DNA of 64,000 nt. Origin: Escherichia coli (GTDB lineage: Bacteria > Pseudomonadota > Gammaproteobacteria > Enterobacterales > Enterobacteriaceae). The stretch lies in NCBI RefSeq assembly GCF_003018235.1, contig NZ_CP027439.1; one strand, written 5' to 3'. Below, in pieces: positions 10,936 to 21,941 of this stretch. The translations under genes were made by a program, and so were the position numbers. Every line of letters starts with the position of its first letter. Positions within the stretch are counted from its first letter, which is position 1. A model generated the notes under the pieces. It did no database searches. It was not told the DNA's origin and saw only the letters and a list, made by a program, of their open reading frames with translations.

Positions 10936-11997
10936 TCAGGCATTTTTCAGCGTAGACATGTCAATAGAGAAACGATATTTGACGTCACCCTTTTCCAGGC
11001 GGACATAAGCTTCATTAATCTCCTGGATGCCGATGACTTCCACATCGGATGTGATGTTGTGCTGACCGCAGAAATCGAGCATTTCCTGCGTTTCAGCAAT
11101 CCCGCCAATAAGTGACCCGGACAGGCTACGGCCGCCAAAAATAAGGCTGTAGGCTGAGACATCAATTTTGTCAGCAGAAGCGCCAACCAGCGTCAGATTA
11201 CCTTCCGGATGCAGCATATTGAGGTAAACATTCAGATCATGTGGAGCGGATACGGTATCGAGAATAAAATCAAACGTACCGGCGTGAGCCTGCATCTCTT
11301 CCGGGTTTCGTGACACCACTACTTCATGAGCACCAACACGGAGTGCATCTTCTTTCTTGGATGGAGATGTGGTGAAGAGAACCACATGTGCGCCCAGGGC
11401 GCGGGCAAATTTTACGCCCATATGTCCTAGTCCGCCCAGACCAACGATACCCACTTTCTGACCGGCCTTTACACCCCAGCGACGGATAGGGGAATAGGCA
11501 GTGATGCCCGCACATACCAGCGGAGCAACACCTGCCAGATCGAGATTTTCCGGTACCTGAAGAACAAAATGCTCATCCACCACAATGCTTTCGGCATAAC
11601 CACCGTAGGTCACCGGAGCAGTACCGTAATTATCCGGTGAGTTATACGTCAGCACCTTGGTAGGGGAATACTGTTCACGATTCGCTTTACAGTGAGGGCA
11701 GGTTGGATCGGCATCGACCAAGCAGCCCACAGCGACAATATCGCCAGCCTTGTGTTTTGTCACCGCCGTGCCCACCGAGATAACCCGGCCTACAATTTCA
11801 TGACCCGGAACAATCGGGTAAATGGTTGGCATGGCGCTGCCGAACTCATCACGCACATGGTGAATGTCAGAGTGGCAAACCCCGCAGAACAGAATATCAA
11901 TCCGGACATCGTGCTCATTCGGATCACGACGCGGGATCGATAACGGTGCAAGTGGGGATGTTGCGGACGTGGCCGCATAAGCTTTGGTTACGTACAT
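10936..11997 (-). CDS. Zn-dependent NAD(P) alcohol dehydrogenase (YahK-like), paralog of 3881..4936
   Basis: GVCHSDIH and GLGGLGH motifs. About 60% identity to the other Zn-ADH in the window. Confidence 0.9.
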   Translation of the reverse strand: MYVTKAYAATSATSPLAPLSIPRRDPNEHDVRIDILFCGVCHSDIHHVRDEFGSAMPTIYPIVPGHEIVGRVISVGTAVTKHKAGDIVAVGCLVDADPTCPHCKANREQYSPTKVLTYNSPDNYGTAPVTYGGYAESIVVDEHFVLQVPENLDLAGVAPLVCAGITAYSPIRRWGVKAGQKVGIVGLGGLGHMGVKFARALGAHVVLFTTSPSKKEDALRVGAHEVVVSRNPEEMQAHAGTFDFILDTVSAPHDLNVYLNMLHPEGNLTLVGASADKIDVSAYSLIFGGRSLSGSLIGGIAETQEMLDFCGQHNITSDVEVIGIQEINEAYVRLEKGDVKYRFSIDMSTLKNA

Positions 11998-12145
11998 TCT
12001 TTGCTCCCGTTGATCCCGGCCAGAAGTGCCGGGAAGTGCGACTACTATAGGGAGCTAATTATCAATATAATAGATAGTAAATCATTGAAGCTGTTGCAAG
12101 TATTAATTGATAATAATGTGAGTTATCCTGATAGGGAAAGGCATC

Positions 12146-13105
12146 ATGCTGACAAAAGACATTCGCGCGATAGATATACTGGCGAAAGCTGTGGAACTGG
12201 GCAGCCTGCGCCAGGCCGCTCTCGCAAAAGGGGTGACCTCACAGGCCGCCAGCCAGACACTCGCTCAACTTGAAGACTCACTGGGGGTGCGCCTTCTGCA
12301 CCGCACAACTCGCAGCCTCTCTCTGACAGAGGAGGGCAGGCAACTGCTGGAAGCCACACAACCGGCACTGGCGGTACTGGACCGTGCCCTTACGCGTGCA
12401 CGGCAGGCAAAGGACGAGGTTGCCGGTCCGTTGCGTATTGTTGGTCCCCGATCGGCCTTCACACCGGTTTTATGGCCAGTCATTGACGAATACTGCCGGC
12501 GCTACCCGGACGTTCAGCCAGAAGTGCAGCTTGATGACAACGTGGGGGACTGGGTTCTTGATCGAGTGGACGTGGGGTTTCGGTTTGGTTCTCCGCCTGC
12601 AGAGGGGCTTATCGCACGCCCGCTGTTCCGTGCGCAACTGATTATCTGTGCATCACCGGCATACCTCCGCACGCATGGTGTACCCCGTTCGCTGGAGGAA
12701 CTAGCGTACCACCGCTGCAGCGTCTTTCGCCATCCGGGAACGGATGCAATATTTCCCTGGTACGTAAATATAGGGGGAGAAATCCAGACACGAGAGTTTC
12801 CTCCAACCGTGGCAACAAACAGCACAGACATAGAAGTTGAGGCCACGCTGACCGGACAGGTCATCGCACAGCTCTCATCATTGTCCTCAGCTGCGCTGAT
12901 CCGCGCAGGCCGTCTTGTGCCCTTACTAACAGAGCATGTGGCCAGCCACCTTCATCTGTACGCTTACTACGGGAGCCGCAAAGCGCAGCCGCTGCGGGTC
13001 AGAAAATTTATCGAGCTCGCCGTCGAACGGTTAACGGACAACCGGGAGCTGACTCTGACTACAGATGAACTGCAGACGTATTCTGCTGAAAGGCTGAACC
13101 AGTAA
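12146..13105 (+). CDS. LysR-family transcriptional regulator
   Basis: HTH plus LysR substrate domain. Divergent from the ADH-Dabb-SDR operon. Confidence 0.9.
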   Translation: MLTKDIRAIDILAKAVELGSLRQAALAKGVTSQAASQTLAQLEDSLGVRLLHRTTRSLSLTEEGRQLLEATQPALAVLDRALTRARQAKDEVAGPLRIVGPRSAFTPVLWPVIDEYCRRYPDVQPEVQLDDNVGDWVLDRVDVGFRFGSPPAEGLIARPLFRAQLIICASPAYLRTHGVPRSLEELAYHRCSVFRHPGTDAIFPWYVNIGGEIQTREFPPTVATNSTDIEVEATLTGQVIAQLSSLSSAALIRAGRLVPLLTEHVASHLHLYAYYGSRKAQPLRVRKFIELAVERLTDNRELTLTTDELQTYSAERLNQ

Positions 13106-13725
13106 GTGACATGTACGAAAACGCCCTTTGTGAAAACAAGACGGGATTCAGATTCATAACCCAGTCAGATATGTCTGCTCCTGACACTTAGCTGACTTTT
13201 AACGGGAGAACAGCCTGGCGGGCTTATATATACAGTTATCGCAATAATTTGCGTGATTTCCTGTGCTGGGGACAATAATCCGCTCAGCACAATAATCGTT
13301 CTTAATTAGTGCCCCTCATTCATCAATCCCTCTCATCTTCTCCGCAGATCCGAAAACCTCCAGAGTAGGATCTTGTCTCACCCTACCGGCGCTGCACACC
13401 ACGACAACACAAGATGTAGCGGCTCTGTCAACTGCCTTGGCTACCAGATGTTGTGTTTATCTCTTCGTTCTGTGAGGGGCGCTGCACGCCGGAAAACGGA
13501 GCTTTGCTCAGGGCGTAATCGTGCTACACTTCCGGAAAGTCGTGAATACGTGAAAAATCGGATCACCTGAAAACCGCCATCCGTTAATTTAATCCAGTGG
13601 TTATCAGGCTGCTAATTATCAGACAAAGAAAACATCATGGCAGGGAAAGTCCTGTGTGTGATAGTCAGGTGAGTTAGCGGTGGTGAGGTAATGATTGCGG
13701 TTTGTGATTATTTATTGGAAAAGGA

Positions 13726-14070
13726 TTGCGGAAGGAATACGTGGACGAACAAAAACTTTTTGATGAGCTGAATGAGAATGGCCACCGGTTCGTGTGGTAT
13801 CTCTGCGAACCTGGTCTTGTACATCCGGACGGGATCTCCCCTGATACTCAGTTCATCGTTGATCAGAACGGGAAGGAACTGGCCCGCCGGTTAAATATTC
13901 ATGAACAGTCAGAAGATGGCTGGCGAATCGACACCTGGCACGCCAGAGATTTTGGAGGGCTGCCGGAAAGTGCTCTGAAGGTGGATTTGCATCTGCTGTT
14001 AACCCGGATTCTTATCGGAGAAACGGGTTCGATGTTTTCGTGGCCCTTTTTCCTGTCCGAAGAAGAGTGA
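13726..14070 (+). CDS. Hypothetical protein (TTG start as called; true start uncertain)
   Basis: 114-codon ORF with no recognisable domain. It begins inside the motif aaggattgcggaagg, which recurs at 19116. Confidence 0.3.
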   Translation: MRKEYVDEQKLFDELNENGHRFVWYLCEPGLVHPDGISPDTQFIVDQNGKELARRLNIHEQSEDGWRIDTWHARDFGGLPESALKVDLHLLLTRILIGETGSMFSWPFFLSEEE

Positions 14071-14108
14071 TCATAATGATGGGCAGGATTTCTCTTTAAG
14101 GAAAAAAC

Positions 14109-15839
<1,731 letters not shown>

Positions 15840-16086
15840 CAGATATCAGCATTCACGGCTTGGGATGCGTGCCGTTTTACTGGCCAAACGATTGAGGAAG
15901 CTTAATGGTATGCCTTCCTCAAATCTTGATAATGGCAGTTGCTGGTCTGTACAACATGTATTGTGGACTGAGTGGAGGAAACAACGAAAATCCAGAGCCA
16001 GAATGGCATGCCCGGGTACCTAACTTTTTCAGATGCAGGGATGCGGACAGATCATAAATCTTCATGTAATGTTTCAGGAGTCAGTT

Positions 16087-16521
16087 ATGGAAAATATGAT
16101 GAAAACTATGCGTGAGTATTTCCCCACGCGAACAGTAGTGTTCGAACAGTCTCTGGATATGTTTGGTATCACCCGGGGTAAGGATGGGAAGCTCATATTT
16201 CCCCGTCATTCTGATAACCGTTTCCCGATCGGGCGTATCCGCAAACGTCTGGCAGCTTATGGCTGGCGCGGAGAACGTCTGAATCAGGAAGTAGCGCGTA
16301 TCGTCGCGGGTCCTGGTGTTCTTCCTGAAAGAAATGATTACAGCATATTTTTTCCTTACGGATGGGAACGTAACCAGCTTACCCCTGAGATGCGGAGAAT
16401 GTTTCCCCGGAAGACTGGTCGCCGCGTGCTGCTTATGCTGGATGAGCTCCATTATATTCATGACGCCGGGGAGCGTAAGTCGTTTTCACCAGAAAGTAAT
16501 GAAGCACCCGAGGTATCATGA
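16087..16521 (+). CDS. Hypothetical protein co-transcribed with the tyrosine recombinase (stop/start overlap ATGA)
   Basis: SD aggag upstream of ATG 16087. No recognisable domain. Translationally coupled to the recombinase. Confidence 0.55.
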   Translation: MENMMKTMREYFPTRTVVFEQSLDMFGITRGKDGKLIFPRHSDNRFPIGRIRKRLAAYGWRGERLNQEVARIVAGPGVLPERNDYSIFFPYGWERNQLTPEMRRMFPRKTGRRVLLMLDELHYIHDAGERKSFSPESNEAPEVS

Positions 16522-17300
16522 ATTACCCTTCTCTTCCCGGACAGGCCTACGCCCCGGAAAAAGTGCATCTACCTATGGCCATCGATTACCCGGCAGCGCT
16601 GGCCCTGCGTCAGATGGCAATCGTCCAGGACGAACTGCCGAAATACCTGCTGGCCCCGGAAGTGAGCGCCCTGCTGCATTATGTCCCCGATTTGCACCGC
16701 AAGATGCTGCTGGCCACGTTGTGGAATACCGGTGCGCGCATTAACGAAGCGCTGGCCCTGACCCGGAGTGATTTTTCGCTGGTGCCACCCTACCCGTTTG
16801 TGCAACTGGCCACGCTGAAACAGCGGGCGGAAAAAGCGGCCAGAACAGCAGGAAGAACGCCTGCCGGCAGCCAGGCGCATCGCTTGGTACCGCTGTCAGA
16901 TAAACAGTACGTCAGCCAGCTGGAGATGATGGTGGCCACGCTGAAAATTCCCCTCGAACGCAGGAATAAACGTACTGGCAGAACAGAGAAAGCACGCATC
17001 TGGGAAATTACCGACCGCACGGTCCGTACCTGGCTCAGCGAAGCGGTTGAAGCGGCAGCGGCTGACGGGGTGACGTTCTCCGTGCCGGTGACACCGCATA
17101 CATTCCGTCACAGCTATGCCATGCACATGTTGTACAACGGTATTCCGCTGAAAGTGCTGCAGAGCCTGATGGGACACAAGTCAGTCAGTTCGACAGAGGT
17201 GTACACGAAGGTGTTTGCACTGGACGTAGCTGCGCGACATCGGGTGCAGTTCCTGATGCCCAGTGATGATGCTGTGGCTATGCTCAGGGGAAACACCTAA
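16518..17300 (+). CDS. Small tyrosine site-specific recombinase (FimB/FimE-like, no N-terminal SAM-like domain)
   Basis: Catalytic-domain motifs: GARINEAL (first Arg), HTFRHSYAMHML (H-x-x-R), LMGHKSVSSTEVYTKV (catalytic Tyr). Only about 50 aa precede the catalytic domain. Confidence 0.85.
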   Translation: MNYPSLPGQAYAPEKVHLPMAIDYPAALALRQMAIVQDELPKYLLAPEVSALLHYVPDLHRKMLLATLWNTGARINEALALTRSDFSLVPPYPFVQLATLKQRAEKAARTAGRTPAGSQAHRLVPLSDKQYVSQLEMMVATLKIPLERRNKRTGRTEKARIWEITDRTVRTWLSEAVEAAAADGVTFSVPVTPHTFRHSYAMHMLYNGIPLKVLQSLMGHKSVSSTEVYTKVFALDVAARHRVQFLMPSDDAVAMLRGNT

Positions 17301-18339
17301 GTGGTAAAACAACTGAAGATTACTCCAGTGTGGTCACTTAGCGATTGAGGCTAAGTTCCAGAGTGGTGGCGTTCAGTTATACCCAAGTGTGACAGGCTGA
17401 CGCGCCCGTCGGGCTTGTCCAACCCTTCGCCTGCTCAGATCCAAGATCTGAACAGACTCACGGTTTGCGCGGTGGGTCAACAAAATTAAATACGATCACC
17501 AGAAATATTTTCTGGACACTTTTTCCGATAGTGCCGAATTGTCCAGGTTGGAAAGCATTTTTTGTGCGTTGTTGAAGGGCCGCGACGAGTGGAGCAAGGT
17601 GACAAAAATAATGCTGGACAGAAAAACCTGAACGTCCAATATGGGGAAAGGATTACGTGACGGGGCGGGTTTGCTAGCAGTTCTGCGAACGTACCAGCGC
17701 ATCGAGGACTGGTAATGCCAGCAGGCTATTACGTCCGGGCTGGAAAATCGAGAGTTGCGATGATGACGAGGCAAGGGGATCGCAGACATTAACCTCTGCA
17801 ATAGAATATCTATTGCGTGATTTATTATAAATGTTATCCCTTTATTGTTTTCCAATTATCCCCGCAGTTGAAGAAATCAGCACTGAATAAAATTTTCAAA
17901 ATTTTATTCATGATGCTTACAAATAAATTAATGTAGATGAATCATCGGGATAGACTATTCTACATCAACTGCATTCTTAATTTTACGTCAAAATCAAGCG
18001 TTGCACTAAAATAAATCCTTACTAGAATAGCTATCCAGAAGAATCACCATGTATTCTTCAGTCTGACCCTCGGGCGCAGATTCTTGTTGTATTAAAATAT
18101 TGGGAAAATAAATCAGGAGTGAAAATGCAGTGACAGAGACACGTTACACAACGTCTGAAAGCAAAAAAGCCCTGAATAATCAGAGCTTTATTACTGGATT
18201 GGAAATGACGGCCATCAAATCCAATTCAAAACACACCAAAGGCATGTCCTCAAGTGATGAAGATAATAGAAAACTATTCAATCTACGTCAACCGAATGCC
18301 TGCGGTAACAATCCCAAAGCCGTTATCGGAGGTACGATT

Positions 18340-18441
18340 ATGTTGCCATTGCTCAACACGTTCATGAATGCCCCTCTTCTGAGTCAGGGGGCTACTATCC
18401 TGTTTCTTGGGCTTCTTATCCTTGCGCTCAAGAACCAGTGA
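18340..18441 (+). CDS. Small hydrophobic peptide (33 aa, MLPLLNTFMNAPLLSQGATILFLGLLILALKNQ)
   Basis: SD ggagg lies 7 nt upstream of the ATG. Predicted single transmembrane helix. Followed by a hairpin terminator (agctggcttcggccagct). A longer GTG-initiated ORF (18130) in the same frame is an alternative. Confidence 0.4.
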   Translation: MLPLLNTFMNAPLLSQGATILFLGLLILALKNQ

Positions 18442-18601
18442 TCGCACTGAGCTGGCTTCGGCCAGCTTCTTTACTTGGATAGAATCACCTGAACGTCCAG
18501 TCGGGCGCTAATTTATAATAAATGACCGTAGAAGGGCCATTTCTACGGCAAAGTTCTGGAGATGATAAAATAAGGGCCTTAAACAATAAAAGGGCTTGCT
18601 T

Positions 18602-19003
18602 ATGACACTGGACCAACTGCTTGAAATCCACGACTGCGCTGGGCTGAGCACCTATGAACAGGAAACAATTATATCTTTCATTAACCAGCGGCGAGGTGAC
18701 TTTGGTGTAAAAGCGTTTCCGGAAATTATGCCTCCAGTATCTTGCGGCTGGATCTCCAGAAGAACAAAACAACGTTCTCAGGAGCAGGCAGACGAAAATA
18801 GCTGGAATTATTATAAACAGAAGATTCAGGAATGGATAACGCTAATCGAATTGCATGAGGCATCACTTACTAGGGGGGAAAAGCTAAAGCGCTTTGTGGG
18901 AAAGCATAAATGGTGGTTAGGAGGCACTTGCGCAGTTATCGCATCAATTACAAGCACTGTGATAGCTAGCTGGATTCTTTCGTTATGGACTTGGGCTAAC
19001 TGA
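18602..19003 (+). CDS. Hypothetical protein with C-terminal transmembrane anchor
   Basis: 134-aa ORF. The C-terminus WWLGGTCAVIASITSTVIASWILSLW is hydrophobic. The ORF is bounded by repeats R2 and R3. Confidence 0.45.
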   Translation: MTLDQLLEIHDCAGLSTYEQETIISFINQRRGDFGVKAFPEIMPPVSCGWISRRTKQRSQEQADENSWNYYKQKIQEWITLIELHEASLTRGEKLKRFVGKHKWWLGGTCAVIASITSTVIASWILSLWTWAN

Positions 19004-19339
19004 CGTGACAGAAGCTGCGTTACGTCCAAGTTGATAAAAAGTTGTTATCCACAGAGAACAGGGCGGTCATCCGGCGGGTTCAATAATATGATATTATTAC
19101 AGCACCTTAAAAAATAAGGATTGCGGACGGATGATATATTGATAAAGGATACTCATGCGTGTAAAACGCAAAATACCCTGAGTAATCAGGGTATTAAACG
19201 CGGAAAAGTAAAGGTTGAGCGCTTTACATTTTCCATTCACACCAGAGGCGTGACTAAATCTAAAATTGATTCTACGGCAACGTTCAATCTACGTCAAATC
19301 GCCAATGGTTTTCCTGTTATGAAAATTACCGGAGGCTTC

Positions 19340-19450
19340 ATGTTGTTAACCATCATCGACACCTATCTTCATGCTTCATTACTGACACAGATACTGGTAA
19401 TCCCGTTTATCTGTGCGGTGGTGTGGGCGGTAAAGAAAATCCGGGTATAA
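19340..19450 (+). CDS. Small hydrophobic peptide (36 aa, MLLTIIDTYLHASLLTQILVIPFICAVVWAVKKIRV), paralog of 18340..18441
   Basis: SD ggagg upstream. Shares the upstream motif ttcaatctacgtcaa with the first peptide gene. Followed by the hairpin catggctggctgagaggccagccatg. Confidence 0.4.
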   Translation: MLLTIIDTYLHASLLTQILVIPFICAVVWAVKKIRV

Positions 19451-19645
19451 CTTAAACATGGCTGGCTGAGAGGCCAGCCATGTTCAGTGAGTTTTGTTTC
19501 GAATGGACAGAATAACCTGAATGTCCAAGTTTGCAAGGAATTGTGATCGTACTACAACCAGTGTCAACCTTCCTATAATGCAGATAATCTTCTATAATTT
19601 CTTTTAATTCTGTGGCGATGTCATTAAGGAAAAGAGGTATTATTT

Positions 19646-19903
19646 ATGGGAAATAAACACATCAGCGCCAGTGAAGCTAAAAAGATTAGTTCTTCAGTGA
19701 TACCTGATGCAGACAAAACACTTGATATGATATTTGGAGGAATAAAGCTCCAAGCAAGATTGGGCCAGACATCCTTTATTTATCCTGTCCATGAAAACAT
19801 TCTTGAGCAAGTGGTCAAGGTTCTAAGGGAATCTGGTTATAGGATTAACTCATCGAAGGCTAATGAGAATAACAAATTTATTATTGAAATTAGCTGGCAG
19901 TGA
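19646..19903 (+). CDS. Hypothetical 85-aa protein
   Basis: SD aagagg lies about 8 nt upstream. Followed by the terminator hairpin aagccacccattagtgtggcttttttt. Bounded by repeats R4 and R5. Confidence 0.5.
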   Translation: MGNKHISASEAKKISSSVIPDADKTLDMIFGGIKLQARLGQTSFIYPVHENILEQVVKVLRESGYRINSSKANENNKFIIEISWQ

Positions 19904-19998
19904 AATAGAATCCGCTTTGTCTTTATTTTACCCTTGAAGCCACCCATTAGTGTGGCTTTTTTTGACAAGATTACCTGAATGTCCAGGTAACGCGGGGA

Positions 19999-20445
19999 TT
20001 AATGAGAAGAATAGGTAGTTGGTATATTTAGCTTGAGTCCAATCTCCTTTATGAGATTGTAGGTATTTTCCTTACTGTTGCCAGCAAGTATTGAGGTGAT
20101 CTCATTAAGGTTTTGTGCTGCACCAAGAACTTCACCCTTTGATGGTACAAACTTCATACCTAAATAGCTTCTTTTTAGGCTACCAGGCAAGGCTGCATAC
20201 TTTGCCATTAACTGAGAAGCAGCATCTTTCAAATCGTGGATGGTTTCATGATTAGCTCTGAAATTTGTGATCGTCGCTTGCTCACGTAATAAAAGCGCTG
20301 TAATCCTCCCTAATTGTTCTCTGAATGATATATAAGGCTCAATGAATCTTTTTGCGATGAGTTGACCAACAACAAAAACGGTTACGCCGGTCAGAACAGT
20401 TACGGCAGCAGACGAACTCATAATTGTACCTAGTGACTGAATCAT
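19999..20445 (-). CDS. Hypothetical membrane-anchored protein (N-terminal transmembrane helix)
   Basis: 148-aa ORF, the only minus-strand gene in the array. Lies between R5 and R6. Confidence 0.45.
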   Translation of the reverse strand: MIQSLGTIMSSSAAVTVLTGVTVFVVGQLIAKRFIEPYISFREQLGRITALLLREQATITNFRANHETIHDLKDAASQLMAKYAALPGSLKRSYLGMKFVPSKGEVLGAAQNLNEITSILAGNSKENTYNLIKEIGLKLNIPTTYSSH

Positions 20446-20562
20446 GGGGGTTATCCTATCTGGAGGGCAACAGCCTGTCTACTGTACAGAAAATGCTGTA
20501 TGTCCAGTCTGTGCTGGAATTATAATGGCAACCATGATCATCACAGGAAGAACGAGTAACAG

Positions 20563-21042
20563 ATGGCAACTGCGTGGGTGGATGTGGCTGATAATGCCGT
20601 AAAAATAGGTTTGGGGTCGTTGTTGACTATTTTAGGGGGGTGGCTGACTCTTAAGCTAACACAAAAGCACGAATTAAAAAAAGAAGCGGCAGTACAGGGA
20701 TTAAAAGATAAAGAAATAAAAACCAAACGATATGTGGAGTTTCTGACCTTGTCTCAATCTCTCATGCAAAAATATTTATATGAGCAGTGTGAAGCAAATA
20801 ACGATGATTATCTTGCCTATCTTCGCATACATAATGAGATAACGATCACGTCAGGTTTAGCCATAAGGAAAGCAGCATTTAAACTCCAGTTTGATGTTTC
20901 TACTTTCATTTTCTACAACAAAATACACGACACAGAACTCATTAATGCACTGAGGGATAAGGCTAGAAATTCTGTTTCCATGTTTCAGGCCATTGTGAAT
21001 GAGGAAATCTGCAACGGAAAGTTTGGCACAGCAAGCCAGTAG
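20563..21042 (+). CDS. Hypothetical membrane-anchored protein (N-terminal transmembrane helix)
   Basis: 159-aa ORF between R6 and R7. Divergent from the 19999..20445 gene. Confidence 0.45.
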   Translation: MATAWVDVADNAVKIGLGSLLTILGGWLTLKLTQKHELKKEAAVQGLKDKEIKTKRYVEFLTLSQSLMQKYLYEQCEANNDDYLAYLRIHNEITITSGLAIRKAAFKLQFDVSTFIFYNKIHDTELINALRDKARNSVSMFQAIVNEEICNGKFGTASQ

Positions 21043-21118
21043 CGCTGGGCAGAATAACCTGAATGTTTAACTGCCGGAGGAATTAACCGAGGGGCGTGAA
21101 AAGGCCGCTTACGCGGCC

Positions 21119-21229
21119 TCAGTTTTCTCTTGAACTCCTGAAGTCTATGTAGTCGATAAACTCAAGAATATAGTAGGCAATCACGCCTGTACCTACATAG
21201 ATAGCTCCGAATATCAGTGACTCACTCAT
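21119..21229 (-). CDS. Small hydrophobic peptide (36 aa, MSESLIFGAIYVGTGVIAYYILEFIDYIDFRSSREN)
   Basis: SD aggag lies about 9 nt upstream of the ATG on the minus strand. One predicted transmembrane segment. Followed by the hairpin ggccgcgtaagcggcc. Not in the supplied ORF track because it is shorter than 60 aa. Confidence 0.35.
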   Translation of the reverse strand: MSESLIFGAIYVGTGVIAYYILEFIDYIDFRSSREN

Positions 21230-21266
21230 TGAAGTGTACTCCTGAATAACACTCTATTGCACATAG

Positions 21267-21491
21267 CCGCAAGCCAGATCCCTCGCATCCAGTATAACCG
21301 GACTTACTCCACTGCAGTTTCAGAAACAACTACGTCTACAGGAAGCCAGACGATTGATGTTACGAGGTTCAGATGCCAGTATTGCCGGGTACAACGTTGG
21401 ATATGAAAGCACAAGTCAGTTCTCCCGGGAATATAGACGTTACTTCGGCTATCCCCCCAAAAAGGACATTGCACGATTACGCGAAACATAA
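21267..21491 (+). pseudogene. AraC-family regulator C-terminal HTH fragment (remnant)
   Basis: [19 protein letters not shown]…[26 protein letters not shown] matches the second HTH of AraC/XylS regulators. It lacks a start codon and an N-terminal domain. Confidence 0.55.
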
Positions 21492-21653
21492 ACATCTTTG
21501 ACATTCGCGACGTCCGACCAGCCGAACAGGATAGAACACCCTGAACATCTCGGCTGACTGTGCTTTCATTTTTAGTCGGTTAAGCAGACGCTTTTCTGTA
21601 ATTTCTTTCAGTTCAATGTAGCTGATACTTAACTTTTTGAAATAACTAATATT

Positions 21654-21941
21654 TCACCTCATTCGTTCGCTGGCAAGATTATAAACATCACTACGTTCAC
21701 GTTTCCCTACAGCAACAACAGCGATAACTAATTGATCATCAATCACCTGATAAACCAGGCGGAAGCCAGACGCACGAAGTTTAATTTTGTAGCAATCCTT
21801 TATCCCACGCAGTTTTGCTGATGGGATATGTGGATTTTCACTGCACTTCTTTAGCTTTTTAGCAAACTGCTGCTGAATTGCCTTATCCAGTTTTTGCCAT
21901 TCTTTCAGTGCATCTTCCCTGAATCTGACTGTGTAAGTCAT
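21654..21941 (-). CDS. relE: RelE/ParE-family type II toxin (StbE-like)
   Basis: 95-aa protein with a RelE fold pattern. Overlaps the upstream antitoxin gene by 4 bp. Confidence 0.8.
   Translation of the reverse strand: MTYTVRFREDALKEWQKLDKAIQQQFAKKLKKCSENPHIPSAKLRGIKDCYKIKLRASGFRLVYQVIDDQLVIAVVAVGKRERSDVYNLASERMR

Larger units (their letters stand above)
17616..21553 (+). repeat. Array of 8 direct repeats (~24 bp; consensus GGACAGAAtAACCTGAAYGTCCAR) spaced 460-860 bp apart
   Basis: Copies at 17616, 18477, 19005, 19505, 19964, 20484, 21047 and 21529. R1, R2, R4 and R5 are near-identical; R3, R6, R7 and R8 are degenerate. Most copies sit just after the terminator of a small ORF. Confidence 0.8.

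Noticed and set aside
17496-17855. 119-aa minus-strand ORF downstream of the recombinase
   Set aside because: It has no RBS and its composition is atypical. It spans repeat R1 and an AT-rich promoter-like region, and is more likely noncoding.
19046-19054. A second exact DnaA box TTATCCACA inside the cassette array
   Set aside because: A single 9-mer is expected about 0.5 times by chance in 64 kb on two strands. There are no accompanying iterons or AT-rich unwinding element, so it is not evidence of an origin.
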